Assembly (NCBI GenBank): GCA_964016885.1
Contig: OZ024741.1
Coordinates: 203,360,001 to 203,424,000, forward strand
DNA: 64,000 bases
Direction: 5' to 3'
Source of the DNA: Eledone cirrhosa
Taxonomy: Eukaryota
Shown in pieces: positions 29,216 to 44,488 of the stretch. Both the position numbers and the translations under genes were made by a program. The number at the start of each line of letters is the position of its first letter. Positions within the stretch are counted from its first letter, which is position 1. Under the pieces are notes generated by a model. It was not told where the DNA came from. It was given only the letters and a program-made list of their open reading frames with translations, and did no database searches.

Positions 29216-32200
29216 CAATGAAATTAAACACAAAACTGTTAATTCATAGTAAAACACATTATTTTACGATCGTTTCTTGGGGGTAGTTCCCTGTATGTTC
29301 ATTCAATTATTCATCTATGTAAAACGTATTACAAAATATCTAGTGAGAAAAAAATACATACGTCTTCACTACCCGCCGTCTTCAGAAATAATGAGTTTTG
29401 TTTATTGAAGAATACAAAAAAAATACATATGAATAAGTAAGATTTTATAACCAGGTTGAAATTAACCAATGTTAAGAATGGAAAGGGGCAGTGTAAATCC
29501 TTAAGGTTGGTGGTAGTAGATGAATAAATAGGCTATCAGTGGATAAAGGTATCAAATGTCTTTTAAGAAAAGAAATGAAAGTTGTTAGTGTAAATGAATT
29601 TAGGCATATTGTATATAAAAGTACGTAAAAAATGAAACGAAATTTCATTTCTCACTCTTAGTACGACTGTTACTTAAATATAAGTATGTACACGTACATA
29701 CATATATGTATACAGACGTACAGTAGTATGTATATATATATATATATATATATACATATATGCACACATATATATATGTACGTATGGATTCACCGAACAT
29801 TTATTATAATGCTCGGTGTGTTTGTAAACAAACATCCCGAATTAAGCCGTACAGTGTCTAGCAACCATTGTTGCTCATTCGTTCAACACTGACAAAGGAA
29901 CGCTGTACTAGTTTCAAGCTTATTAGCTATCGTCAGCAACGTATACCTTCCTGCCAGATGGTTGAACGTCTGAAAGTATATACTTTCCTTATGCATATTA
30001 GCAGTAGTTTTACATGCTTCCTTATTTGTGGGATAATTTTATCAAGAATCTTCTTGCTTATTACTCCGATGTCCGACTTAGATGGGCATATGAGTCTAGT
30101 TAGTGCCAGCAATGAAACACCGAAAAACCTAGATCCTACCATTACTCCCAATATCCACATTAACACGAATGACACAAATTCTCTAAAAATCATCAATCCT
30201 AACGATTACGAATATTTCTATAACTTACCTAATATTATTACTACAAACCGCGCGAAAACACCTAACTCCACTACTCTTAAAAAAGCAGTTAATAATAACA
30301 CCTTATATCTTAATTCTCACAATAAACCTAATGATATATCACCTATCTCATCGAACCTTCAACATAACCAAACTACATCCTTGCAATCCAAAAAACTAGA
30401 GAAACATATCCGAACTACTGTATATAACAAGAATGATACCGAAATTCCAGGTCCAATCAATAATGCTCCATTAATAAAACTCACAATATCTTCTACAAAT
30501 CAAACAAAAAGCAATAAATCAAAAACTAATACAATTCAAAAATCTACTAAACAATTAGTTCACACCCATAATAACAATCACAATGTTATAATTTCATCTG
30601 ATAACAATATCTACCCTCAAACTTCTATACATACCCAATATAACAAGAGGAAACCTTTTAGAAACCATAAAAGAAATGTAACATGGTATAACGCCCCATT
30701 CAACTTGCAAACTATGGGCCAAATCCCTAAATGATTTTTTACAATTCTCGATAAGCATTTCCCACCTAACCACAAATACCATCAAATTTTAAACAGAAAT
30801 ACAGTAACATTTTCTTACTCCACATCGAGCAATATACAACAAAAAATAAGTGCATATAACATCTATAAATGTAAAAAAGCTCCATTTATACCACACACAA
30901 TAGCATAACACACACACAAGATAACTATGGTAATACTATAACGCATAACCAGAATATTACTGCATACCCACCTGATAGATCCGCTCACTCACCTCACCAG
31001 CACAATATAGCAGACTACAATCAACTACCATCTTCCTCATCCTTAATAGGGACTAAGATTTACAAACCCAATTTAACTAATAGCGTCCAAAACAACCATG
31101 ACTCCATAAATGCTATATCAAGTATAATTTCACCTACTAGCAACAATTCGGATTATAACCACCCTACCGTAAACCCTTCTCACCCCAAAAATAAAAAAAG
31201 TAAACACAAATACTAGCACTGTTATTGAGAATATGGATACCACATCTGAAACCCTATATGCAAACGGTTGTAATTGTAGAATAAAAGATAATTGCCCCTT
31301 AAATGGAAATTGCTTAATTAATAATATAGTATATAAATGTGTAATCACCACTAAAGACTCTAATCAATCCTATATAGGATCCACTTCTAATCCATTTAAA
31401 TCGAGATTTTATGCACACACCCACAGTTTCCGAAACACAAAATTAGCAAATACCACTTCTTTAGCAGAAGCAGTTAATAATTGTAAAAAGAAGATTATTA
31501 AATATAACCTAACTTGGAAGATTCTTAAGAGAACTATTTCTTATCAGGGCAATAGAAGGGAGTGCGGACTATGTTCCCAAGAAATTTTTGAAATTACTAA
31601 ATCGAAGGACACTATTAAATAAAAGACAAGAATTAATTTTAGTATGTAACCATAAAATTAGGACATTCAAATATTATAAATACAACTAAACAAATATAGA
31701 AAAAGATATAGGTGAATAAATGTGTGAGTATAGGTGTATGTGTGAATAAGTATATCTGTGTGTGTATATGTATGTATATGCATAAATGTATGCCTATATA
31801 TAAACATGTGCGACTATACATGTATATATATATTTTTTATATTATATATTTTTAGAACAAAGAAATAACTAACTTTTTAAGATTGTTCTATTCCATTCTA
31901 CTTGATGTAACACATTAATCTCAGTACCCCTTTTCCTCCAACAGTAATCTTCTTTGACCATCAACACTTTTATTACAATATGCCTAAATTCATTTACACT
32001 AACAACTTTCATTTCTTTTCTTAAAAGTCATTTGATACCTTATCCACTGATGGCCTATTTATTCATCTACTACCACCAACCTTAAGGATTTACACTGCCC
32101 CTTTCCATTCTTAACATTGGTTAATTTCAACCTGGTTATAAAACCTTACTTATTCATATGTATTTTTTTTGTATTCTTCAATAAACAAAACTCATTATTT

Positions 32201-32572
32201 CTGAAGACGTATGTATTTTATAGTGAAGACGTATGTATTTTATAGTGAAGACGTATGTATTTTATAGTGAAGACGTATGTATTTTTTTCTTACTAGATAT
32301 TTTGTAATATGTTTTACATAGATGAATAATTGAATGAACATACAGGGAACTACCCCCAAGAAACGATCGTAAAATAATGTGTTTTACTATGAATTAACAG
32401 TTTTGTGTTTAATTTCATTGTTTTAATATTTCTATTTTGACTCTGTATCCAATTGAATTATATCGTTGATAAAAAATTTTGTATTTTAAACTTTGCTTCA
32501 CGACATCTTCTACATACGGATTACATTGAGTTCTTTATACGGTTTAGACCCTACCATTGAGTGGTAGATTTA

Positions 32573-32577
<5 letters not shown>
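29211..32577 (+). mobile_element. Rearranged PLE with ~400 bp inverted pLTR, inverted RT fragment and GIY-YIG
   Basis: 29211-29614 inverted versus 31974-32428; minus-strand RLICPSKSDIGVISKKILD; plus-strand RNVTWYNAPFN and CNCRIKDNCPLNGNC...YIGSTSNPFKSR; in (TA)n. Confidence 0.85.
29257..29393 (-). ncRNA. Type I hammerhead with ~100 nt stem II insert (rearranged plus copy at 32193-32379)
   Basis: cattattt-CTGAAGA-cggcgggtagt...actacccccaa-GAAA-cgatcg-TA-aaataatg. Confidence 0.75.
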
Positions 32578-32860
<283 letters not shown>

Positions 32861-32879
32861 TATATATATATATATATAA

Positions 32880-33400
32880 TAATAATACGGGTGTAGATCG
32901 ATATCCAGTGATTTCGGTCTCGTTGTTTACAATTTGCTCAACAAATTCATTTGGAGCATACGCGTAGGAGTAATTGTAATACATCCCCACCCAGAAGCCT
33001 AAAGCTATGAAAACAGTGTAATCATTGTATCGATAGATTTTGTTAAAATACTCACAAATTCGTTAAGTGAAACAGCCTATAACCTAGTTCAGCAAAAATC
33101 TGCCGGACTACAAAAAATCCACATCTACGCTGGTACAGTACTGTTCGAAATTCTGTAGAGAATCTGCTGGACATCGATTAATGATAACCCCATAACCAGC
33201 AAGTTCCGGACAATGGAATTCTCATCAGCCAGCAGTCCAATCAGGGATTTCCGAAAATTGAGTTTACTACTAAGTCCGTGACGGTATCCCACGTGTAGCA
33301 TAAACTGGCGATCGGGCAGCAAATGACAGTAGCAGTTGCCGACTGGCTGGGGTTGGCGGTAATGCTTAATGTAGCAGCATGACATCACCAATAGGGAGTA
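32880..33400 (-). mobile_element. PLE-like pLTR/tail with long-stem-II hammerhead motif (33129-33233)
   Basis: gctgg-CTGATGA-gaattc...gaatttc-GAA-cagtactg-TA-ccagc (one core A missing); TTGAGC near the TA junction. Confidence 0.6.
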
Positions 33401-33411
33401 TTCAATATATA

Positions 33412-33602
33412 GGAAACTGTTTGACCCCGACGGCAGAGCTCAAGCCGTTTCGACGGCTATTTCTGGATCCAGAAATAGCCGTCGAAACGGCTTGAGCTCT
33501 GCCGTCGGGGTCAAACAGTTTCCTATTACCCACTCTACTACCCTAAGTATTGAGTACTCTGGTGCGTTATGGTCCATCTGGTTCCTTACCACACCTACTT
33601 GG

Positions 33603-33604
<2 letters not shown>
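33412..33604 (+). mobile_element. Hairpin mini-element, copy 4
   Basis: Loop-less perfect palindrome 33412-33523 centred on GGATCC, plus the shared tail. Confidence 0.85.
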
Positions 33605-33674
<70 letters not shown>

Positions 33675-33678
33675 TTGG

Positions 33679-33712
<34 letters not shown>

Positions 33713-33716
33713 TTGG

Positions 33717-34710
<994 letters not shown>

Positions 34711-35239
34711 TAATAGTTTATCAATGAAAGGAATTACATCAGAGTAAATATTTGATTCGGAGATTGCACGTGAAATTATAACAAACTCGTCAATGCTAAG
34801 CGTTGTGGGTTTGGTAGACGCAACCAAGGGTGATGGGGTTTGTGTGATGTTGACAGAAATTTTACTGTATATGCCGTTAATGAGAACTAAACTGTCAGCT
34901 GTCACAAAGGTTAGGGGTGCTAAATTCTATGTCATTATACCCTGGACGAAAACCAGCGTAGCGTGACGGTGAAGAAAATCAAATTAAAGGAAATCTGTTC
35001 TATGAAAGTCAAGAGGGTTATGAAAAGTTATAAAAAGTTATAAAATGTTATGAAAAGTTGTAAAAGGTTGGGTTGGATGTCGCATTAAGTTAATGAAGAA
35101 AAATGAATTATGAAAAATACATTAAGAGTAAATATAAATATATATGTATATTAGTTATAATCTTAATGTCAGTGTTTCGTTAAAATAATTGATTAAGGGT
35201 AAATAATCTAGTTCACACTTATATGTGCTTTTCCTTTTC

Positions 35240-36711
35240 GGGTGAATTCTATCAGCAGGTCGCTGGGGATGGGAACCAAAATGGGACCAAATTATGCCAA
35301 CTTGTTTGTTGGCTACGTCGAAGCCCAGATCTTCTCCCAGTACGCTGGACCAACTCCTGAGCTATACGGTCGTTATATCGACGACTGTATCGGCGCCACC
35401 TCTCTATCACGAGAACAGCTCGATTGCTTTCTATCTTTTGTCCTATCCTTCCATCCTGCTCTCCCTTTCACCGCCTCCGTCTCCGATTCTTCTGTCCCCT
35501 TTCTAGATATCACTCTATCTATTAATCACTCTCACCACACAATCTCTACTTCCATCTTCTATAAACCAACAGACTCCCAATCTTACCTTGACTTCACCTC
35601 CTCCCATCCAACCCACACCAAACACTCCGTTCCCCATTTCCAATTTCTCCGACTTCGTTGGTTAGACAGGACGACCATTTCGAAACCCATTCCCTTCACA
35701 TGGCTTCCCGCATCATCCAGCGTGGATATCCCCCCACCCTGATCCAAGCTGTTCTCACCCGCGCCCGTAAAACCGACCGTACCACAGCTCTCTCACGTCA
35801 CCAGCGCCCTCCCAACACCCGCGTTCCTTTCCCTCTCACCTACCACCCTACCACCCTACCACCCTACCACCCCGGCAACATATCCTCCGTTTCTTCCGCA
35901 CCCACTCTTCTCACTCCGTCACATCTCGCTTTTTTTCCAAACCCCCCTATTACTGCATTTAAGCGCGCCCGCAAAATCCATGGCCTCCTGGAACGCAGTT
36001 CCTTCTCGTCCTCTCCCACGACTCCACCAGGCTCTTATCCTTCTTCTCGTCCCCACTGCAACACTTCTCCCTTCATTTCCACCCTCACCACTCTCACAGG
36101 CACTAACGAGTCATTCCGTATCCGCCACTCGTTCACCTGCACATCCACCCACGTATGCCCTCCGGAGTTCCCTTTGCGGGTCTTTATACATCGGACAAAC
36201 GGGACACCGTATGGTGGACCGTTTTACTGAGCATTTGAGGGACATACAACTCGGTTTGGATACTCCTGTCGCCCGTCATTTCTGTTCTCCTGGTCATTCT
36301 TCCCAACATGTTTCAGTCCTGGGTGTCCTTTTACATCATGGATCACAGGCCTCGCGCACCAGGACTGAACAGAGTCTGATTCACCACCTTGGGTCTTATT
36401 CCCCTCTTGGACTCAACTCACCTCCCCAATTTCTTTAATACCCCGTCCGTTATCACACGCGTTTGTACATTCACCACTAGAATCCTATCGCTTTCTCATG
36501 ATCACAAACATATTCTCTTACAACTAATACAGACCGACAAAATATGCACACTCCACTTTTCCCTTCACAGCTTTGTATACACACATACACACCCTTATAC
36601 TAACATACTTTTGCTCATAGCTTCGTACTTACAAGCACACACACTCTTTTACTTACATATACACACATATTTCTTCTTAGCTTCGTACAGACGAATAATA
36701 ACACACACACA

Positions 36712-36791
<80 letters not shown>

Positions 36792-37142
36792 CATACGAGC
36801 GTTCACAAGTATAGTTCTTTTTACAAAACGTTTTTTTTCCATTTCAGGTAGACGCGCTCCACCATCCACTTTTCTAAAAAAATAAATCATACTCAAAACG
36901 CCAGCATCAACAGTTTTCCAAGAGATATCAACATGAATGGACCTGTTATTTTTATCTAAAGATATTTTTTCCAATTCCAACTCGCCCGTCTCTTCAATCT
37001 TTCTTATTTCTCATTCATTCTTCTGACGAAGGACTAGCGCCCGAAACGTTAAGACCATCTTTCTGCTTTTTCAAACGTTAACCTAATATGTTCCTTCCAT
37101 ATACTGTATACTGTACCGATTGTGTTGTTATTTCTGTTTACC

Positions 37143-37146
<4 letters not shown>
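35240..37146 (+). mobile_element. Neptune-type PLE, 5'-truncated (RT C-half, linker, GIY-YIG, pLTR) ending in (CA)n
   Basis: MGTKMGPNYANLF, RYIDD, FYKPTDSQSYL..SSHP, RGYP, LYIGQTG...RFTEH...PVARHF; hammerhead core CTGACGA...CGAAACGTTA at 37023-37051. Confidence 0.85.
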
Positions 37147-37221
<75 letters not shown>

Positions 37222-37429
37222 ACACACACACACCCCCACACACACACGCACACACATATATATATATATATACAGGGTAGCATCAGCCGGGTTTTTGATT
37301 GCCTGTGCTACCTTTGTCATCAGCATAGCTAGTGAGGGATGTTGTATGTACTACTGAGAGAGCCACCCAAAACAATAGTGAACCCAAAACTGTGTCCTGA
37401 GTCACCCCACTTGTTATGATGTTTCCTTT

Positions 37430-39900
37430 GAGAGGCTCCTACTGTCTGCAGCAGTCTGGATTCTGTCTTTTAAGAAATCATGCAACCACTCACATACTTT
37501 TCCAGTTATGCCGAGTTTGTATATTTGTGACATATCATTCCATGATCGACCTTGTCAATGGCCTTTGCAATGTCAAGATATATCACGTCCATATGTGAGC
37601 TGTCCAGCAGTTGTTTCAGTACCGAGTCATAGTGTATCAGCTGTGTAAAGCAGTTTCTTCCTGTGCGAAAGCCATGCTGCGTGCTTGTCAGGCGGTCATG
37701 GTCCTCGAAGAACGTGATCAGTTTCTTTCTGATGATTCGTTTCATGATGTTACTGATATGTGACGTCAGGGAGACTGGCCTGTAATTTTTGGTATCCACT
37801 CTGCTTCCTCCATTATGGATAGGGCATATTGTACCTTCTTTTAGCTCTCTGGAACTTCTGAAGAGGATCTTCAGTGGTCTTGCTAAGGCACGCTTACATA
37901 TTTTAAGAGGACTGTTGGGAATCCATCAGGTCCAGCAGCTGAGTTTGTTCTAATTTCTTCTACTGCGGATATCACATCTTCCTCCGGAGTGCTGTGGTTT
38001 CAAAGAAATCCTCTGGCTTCGTTATTTGCATGTGCTTCAGTGGAGATGTGAACAGACCTTTGTTCTCTTCATTCTGTAATTCACGTATCCCTTGAGCATC
38101 ATTCGTTAATGAACCATTTTTATGGAAAAGAGGCCGAATCTTGCAGTGTACCGAGGTAGTTTCCTTTGCAAATTTGAAGAAGGCCTTAGGGTTTGTTTTA
38201 ATATTTTCTATTGCCCCGGCTCCTCTCTTTCTCATGGGAAAGTTTGAGTACAGTTTCAATTTCACGTAGTCCCTGTTTCAGATAGGGTTCCTTCTTGTTC
38301 TTCTGTTGTGCATTTAATTAGTTCAAGATCTTAGTTCTTCGTCTCATAAGGATTTTCCTGTCTCTATGAATAAGAATGTTTGTCCGTTGACATTTTTCTC
38401 CGGGACAAACTTATAGCATATGGTTTGCATTGTCATGAAATGTTGAAATTGTATGTTGGTGTCTTGTATAGTGAAGTTGTCGCTCCAGTTTTGCTTCAGA
38501 ATCTCTTCCTGGATCTTTATTCAGTTAGCCTTGTGAAAGTTTAAGCTGGATAATGCTTACTAATGGTTGCGTCTCTGCTAACTCTCTCGGACTATATATC
38601 ATTAGTTCTACTAAGTTATGATTAGAGAAAATCGTTGCTGTCACCTTTACATTGTGGATGAGCACAGCGTTATTTGTAAAGCAGAGATCCAGGACATTCT
38701 CGCCTCTTGTTGGGAGGAGTACTGCTTGTTCAATGAACATCCTGTGTGTGAGGGTCAGCAGGGGCTCCGTCTGTCTCTGTTCGAGTGATGTCATTCAAGG
38801 GAGGAAGAGGCCATTTGACCTTTGGTAGGTTAAAGTCTCCCAGCAGCAGAATGCTGAAACTCTGGTCCAGTTTGTCAAGGACTTCTTCCATCCTCCTGAG
38901 GCTATCTTCAAACTTACTCCTGAGTATAGGCGTCTGGTGGCCGATATGTTACACATATTACCATTTTCAGTTGCTTCATATGTACTATCAGTGTGTCACA
39001 GACTGAGTTGGAATGTGTCAACAGTACAATGGGTGAAACATCTTCACAGATGTACGAGGCAACTCCACAATGAATTCTGTCCTTCCAGACCGAACGAAAT
39101 GCAGTATACTTTGATATATGTATCTCCGAATCTGCTATTCTGCTTGTCAGGTGAATATCACCAGGCTTCTGGCATTCAACAGCAGCAATGGTGTGACATT
39201 TGGGGTTTCAGTAGTAACTATCGGTGTGGTACCTGCGCTGGTGTCAGCAGCGGCCACCCTGGGTCACTTGATTGTAGTGGTTTCGAGTGTTGTTGCGAGT
39301 GACCTTGGCTCTGAAAATGATATAGCCTGGTCAGTTGTCCCACAATCCTCTCCACCATTTATAAAAGAGTATTTTTGTCTGCCGCCGCCGTCTGTATTGC
39401 ATCTATATATGCCTGCCTTCTCCTCTTTGTTGGGGCAGCGCGTACTTCTGGGGCAGCGGCCCTATGTTTTTTATCGGTTCTGGTTTGGGGGCATTTTGAA
39501 TGATTAGGTTGGGCGGAGCTCAACTGGGGCCTGGGATAAGCGAACCTACAGCCTGTCTCTGTTTCTCCAAGCCAGCCCGTCCTGTTCCCGAAGAACTTGC
39601 AGGTTACCTGGGTTTTCTTTCTCCCAGGGTCTCGGCGCCTTCTGTTCTTTCCTTGGACAGTTGACCACTGGTCCCATTCTGCTTAGATGCTTTCTTTCGG
39701 CTAGAGGTTCCTCGTTTCACCTTTACCGCATCCCTGTTGTTCGACCGGCATGCCTTCTAACTGTGGGGCGGGTATCTCATTTGTAGTTGCTCTCAGCTCC
39801 TTCCGTGTCTCTATAGGCCATTTGTGGTCAGTGTTTATTTTTTCTTCCTTCTCTTTTTCTTTGTCTTCTTCCTTCTTGAGAACATAGCTTATCAAAGCCA
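37430..39900 (-). mobile_element. Degraded CR1-clade LINE (APE endonuclease + RT N-half)
   Basis: LLGDFNLP, PTRGENVLDLCFTN, IKTNPKAFFKF, NYRPVSLTS, QHGFR, YLDIAKAIDKVDH; 5' boundary uncertain. Confidence 0.8.
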
Positions 39901-40399
39901 TGTGGGGCGCTATGAGGACATAGGCCCCTCTCACTTTCTTTTTTTTCTCTCTCTCTCTCTATTTGCAACAACACCACTTCAACCACCAGCGCAATTGGCA
40001 ATACAACCACCTGCAACCCTACCACAACTAAAAGAAAACTCACGAATACATAAAATCAACAGTAAACAACACCACATACACAAAACTTCGTGCTAGGGAG
40101 AAGGGTCACTCAAGAACTGAGAGTCCTCATAGCACAAAAGAAAGAAAAAGAGGGGGAGATTTTAGCTCCAGCACATTTAAAGTGCCTGAAACTCTAATGC
40201 TGGTACGAATGTCGCTAGGTGTCCAAAAGGGCATTAGGGAAAGATTCTCCCATGACGTGGGAACAGCCAGTGTAAAAGCCACCAGTTAGCTTTTAAATTA
40301 AATCCCACCAAATATGGAGATCGAACCACCCATTCTCCAACAGTACCCAGAGAATAAGCAGCCCCTTACTCTTTTTCTCTTAACCAACCAGTCAAAATG

Positions 40400-40960
40400 G
40401 CTATTATATGAGTAGGATGTATAAATGTTCGTGGCCTGGGGTCGTCCTGGAAGCAAGGCCACTTGCTGAACGACCTCAGTTCATTAGCTATGGATCTGAC
40501 TGTCGTTAGCGAGACCAGGATTACTGACAATGGCGCACTAGCCCCTATTTTTGACGACTATGAGAACTTCGCATCAGTTAGCCGGCCAGTAATGAGATAC
40601 ATCATAAAGAGGGGAGGGAGTAAAGGTGGATTTGGTGAAGTTCTGATCAATTTACATCAATCGAAAGCCTTCGATAGGGTGGACCATTGATATCAGGATG
40701 CTGTCATCATGCCAGCTGGTTCGCTCCCGTCTACAGAAGCTGGATCGCTGCAATGTACAGCGGCATCTGTTTGGTAGTCAAAGTATGCATAACTCTTGCG
40801 CTAAATATCGGGCCATTACTGCAGAAGCTGGAGCTTTTGCAGGGCTTCAAGCCGGGATGTGGAAGGGTGCGTTAGCACATGCGGACGTCACAGTGATGGT
40901 GTCGAACCCTTCGGAATTCGAAGTGGTTGTCAACATAATTGAGGAATATGAAAGGTTATG
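40400..40960 (+). pseudogene. Heavily deleted L1/Tx1-like remnant
   Basis: GCINVRGL...VVSETR (APE start) followed closely by LINLHQSKAFDRVDH and AHADVTVMV (RT pieces). Confidence 0.6.
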
Positions 40961-40974
40961 TATATATATATATA

Positions 40975-41165
40975 ATAATTGTTTCTACTTTAGGCACAAG
41001 GCCAGCAATCACCCAGTGCATTACTGGTACTTTATTTTATCGACCCCGTAAGGATGAAAGGCAAAGTCAACCTCGGCGGGATTTGAACTCAGATCGTAAA
41101 GGGACGTAACTATGCTGGAAAGCATGGCGTCCGACCCTCTACCGATACTGCCAATCCACCGCCCC
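40975..41165 (-). mobile_element. Full-length tRNA-SINE
   Basis: Same family as 34296; tatatatataataat duplicated on both sides. Confidence 0.9.
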
Positions 41166-41177
41166 TATATATATAAT

Positions 41178-42803
41178 AATGGTATCTAACCAGAGCTCTG
41201 TGTCTAGTACAGGTAATCGATGGTTGGGGTGTTTACTTGGGTTCTCTATAGTAACTCTAATACTCTGGTGGATGGAGTTAGCTATTTGCTGGATGCTTTC
41301 CATTGTGTTTTTCTCTAGTTCCTGACTGTTCTCTAGTGGGGGTGTCTTAACTACGATGTTTATATCGTCAATGTAGCGGGTACTAGACACAGAGCTCTGG
41401 TTAGATACCATTAATAACAAACAAAAAAATCCTCCATTCCCATTATGCCAAACCCATGACTTCCAAACATCTGATCCACCGAAACTCGGCTGTTTCGGAC
41501 CATACCAAAATCAACATACTGATTGCGGATTTGGTACGGGTGATGAGAAACGTGTCTCGCATGTGCAACCCCGAAGAACTTGAGAGACACATACAACACT
41601 TCATCCACCGTATGCAGTTCTCTGGTTACAATCAGAGAGATAGAATCAGAGTGTATAGAGGAGCCAGAACCAAATGGGAAAAAATGGTAAATAATGACAC
41701 AAATGGGACCTGCCCCTTGTATAGGAGCAAATTTTGGAATAGAATAGAAAGAACTAGGAACAAGGCCAATAGAATAAAATCATGGTATGATAGCAATAAA
41801 TACCAGAGTGTAATGTTCATCAATACAACCCCTAGAGGCGAACTAGCCTACAAATTTAGAAGGGCCCTAAATAAACATAATCTCAATATTAAGATAGTAG
41901 AAAGACCTGGTACCTCCGTAAAAACACTTATTAGCAAGACATACCCGTTCCAAAGACCCTCATGTATAGATAAGAAATGTATAACCTGTAAAATAAGCCC
42001 CCATATTAACTGTAAAACTAGAAATGTAGTGTATAGCATAAGATGTACTGAAGGACAATGTAGAAACCAAAATATAGTGTACATAGGTGAGACAGCTCGT
42101 AGTATAGGGGAACGAATAAATGAACACTGGCGAGACCTCCAAGATAATAAAGAATCATCTGTACTCTACCAACATGCTAAAATAGAACATAAGGGTAAAT
42201 TAGAGAACATAGAAATAAAAATAGAATCTACAGACAGAAAAGACGCAATGTTTAGACAAATCACAGAGGCAATAAACATAAAAGAATTACAACCAAAATT
42301 AAATAGAAAGTATGAGTGGAACAGCAACATCACAACTTACAATTAAGGACAAAATGAAAACACACACACACATAGAACAAACAACCAACCGGTATCATGT
42401 AAATAAATAAACAAATAAATAAACAAATATAAACACACACAGACACCCGGATGTGGCGCATACGCAGACTGAGCACACAACACACACAGAGAAACAAAAT
42501 GGCGTAGGACAGAACAAAGGAGAGGCAAAAAACAAAGAAAAGAATCCCCAGTCACTGAAGAGGTCACAGAATGTGTGACGAAAGAACTTTGACAATATAT
42601 ATAAACAACTATCTGGTTGTGGAACCAACCAACCAACCAGAAATTTATAAATTCCTAAATTTATAAATTTATTATAATAAATTGAAGTGAAAGCAACTGG
42701 TGCGTGTGTTTCTTATTAGCAACATGACCCTCCCAAAGTATAACAATATCGGTTTTAACACACGATTTCAGATAAAGAATCTTGCTAAACAAATTCAGAA
42801 ACG

Positions 42804-42806
<3 letters not shown>
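41178..42806 (+). mobile_element. Naiad-type PLE, 5'-truncated with 5' inversion
   Basis: Open frame 41456-42346 (MQFSGY, CPLYRS, SVMF..TP, KIVERPG, Cys cluster, VVY...YIGETARS..ERINEH); inverted RYIDD fragment at 41178-41380; hammerhead at 42551-42593; ends at (TA)n. Confidence 0.85.
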
Positions 42807-42892
<86 letters not shown>

Positions 42893-42897
<5 letters not shown>

Positions 42898-43827
42898 CAT
42901 TTAACTAAAACCTGTTGAGAAAGTGGGTTCCTTGTTCAATCATCTTACCAGAAGCCTGACATTATTTATGTAAGCGGACGGTACTTGATTTAGGAGCCGC
43001 AGAAACCCAAATACTGGATTTTACCAACCTTCCAGGGGTCCGGGTAAATTTTCAATACCCGAATTACTTGATCGTTTTTTGGGGGCTATGCGAATGATTG
43101 TTTAACCATCGTCTCAGTGTGTTTGGCCTTTAACGTTTGTTATAGCTCTGGTTCATCTGAATCATTGAGTACTTGCCACACATCTCGGAGGTTGTTTTTC
43201 GTTATTTCGTGGGCCGAAATGCGAATCTCGATAATTTATGGTTGTATTTATCTCCAGACTCTAGCTATTGACCAGTTAATTTTCTTGATTTTTTAGTTGA
43301 TTCTATTGACTGGTGAATAGCTTATGTTAATTTTAACCCTTCTGTTGAGAACTCTATGCGATTTGTGATGTTTTTGCATTCTTGCAAAAATATACACAAC
43401 TGAATTTATTCGCCTGATATAGGGGCTGCCTCCCTTGCCGCTCCCTACGTGGAGTCAGCAATAGTCAGTCCTTGTATTAACATTGAACTAAAACCTGTTG
43501 AGAAAGTGGCTTCCTTGTTCAATCATCTTACCAGAAGCCTGTCATTATTTATGTAAGCGGACGGTACTTGATTTTGGAGCCGCAGAAACCCAAATACTGG
43601 ATTTTACCAACCTTCCAGGGAACCGGGTAAATTTTCAATACCCGAATTACTTGATCGTTTTTTTTGGCTATGCGAATGATTGTTTAACCATCGTCTCAGT
43701 GTGTTTGGCCTTTAACGTTTGTTATAGCTCTGGTTCATCTGAATCATTGAGCAATTGCCACACATCTCTGAGGTTGTTTTTCGTTATTTCGTGGGCCGAA
43801 ATGCGAATCTCGATAATTTATGGTTGT
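42893..43827 (+). mobile_element. Partial tandem of a PLE-like terminal repeat (~350 bp, period ~580 bp)
   Basis: 42893-43245 nearly identical to 43477-43827; flanked by (TA)n. Confidence 0.75.
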
Positions 43828-43830
43828 ATA

Positions 43831-43880
<50 letters not shown>

Positions 43881-43891
43881 ACCATAAATTA

Positions 43892-44488
<597 letters not shown>

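Noticed and set aside
32885-33060. Possible host exon on minus (LGFWVGMYYNYSY...) with nearby GTGAGT/AG
   Set aside because: Lies in a hammerhead-bearing, TA-terminated repeat tail, and no consistent upstream reading frame exists.
43405-43600. Hammerhead in the tandem spacer (CTGATA...GCAGAAAC)
   Set aside because: Core and stem I could not be assembled convincingly.
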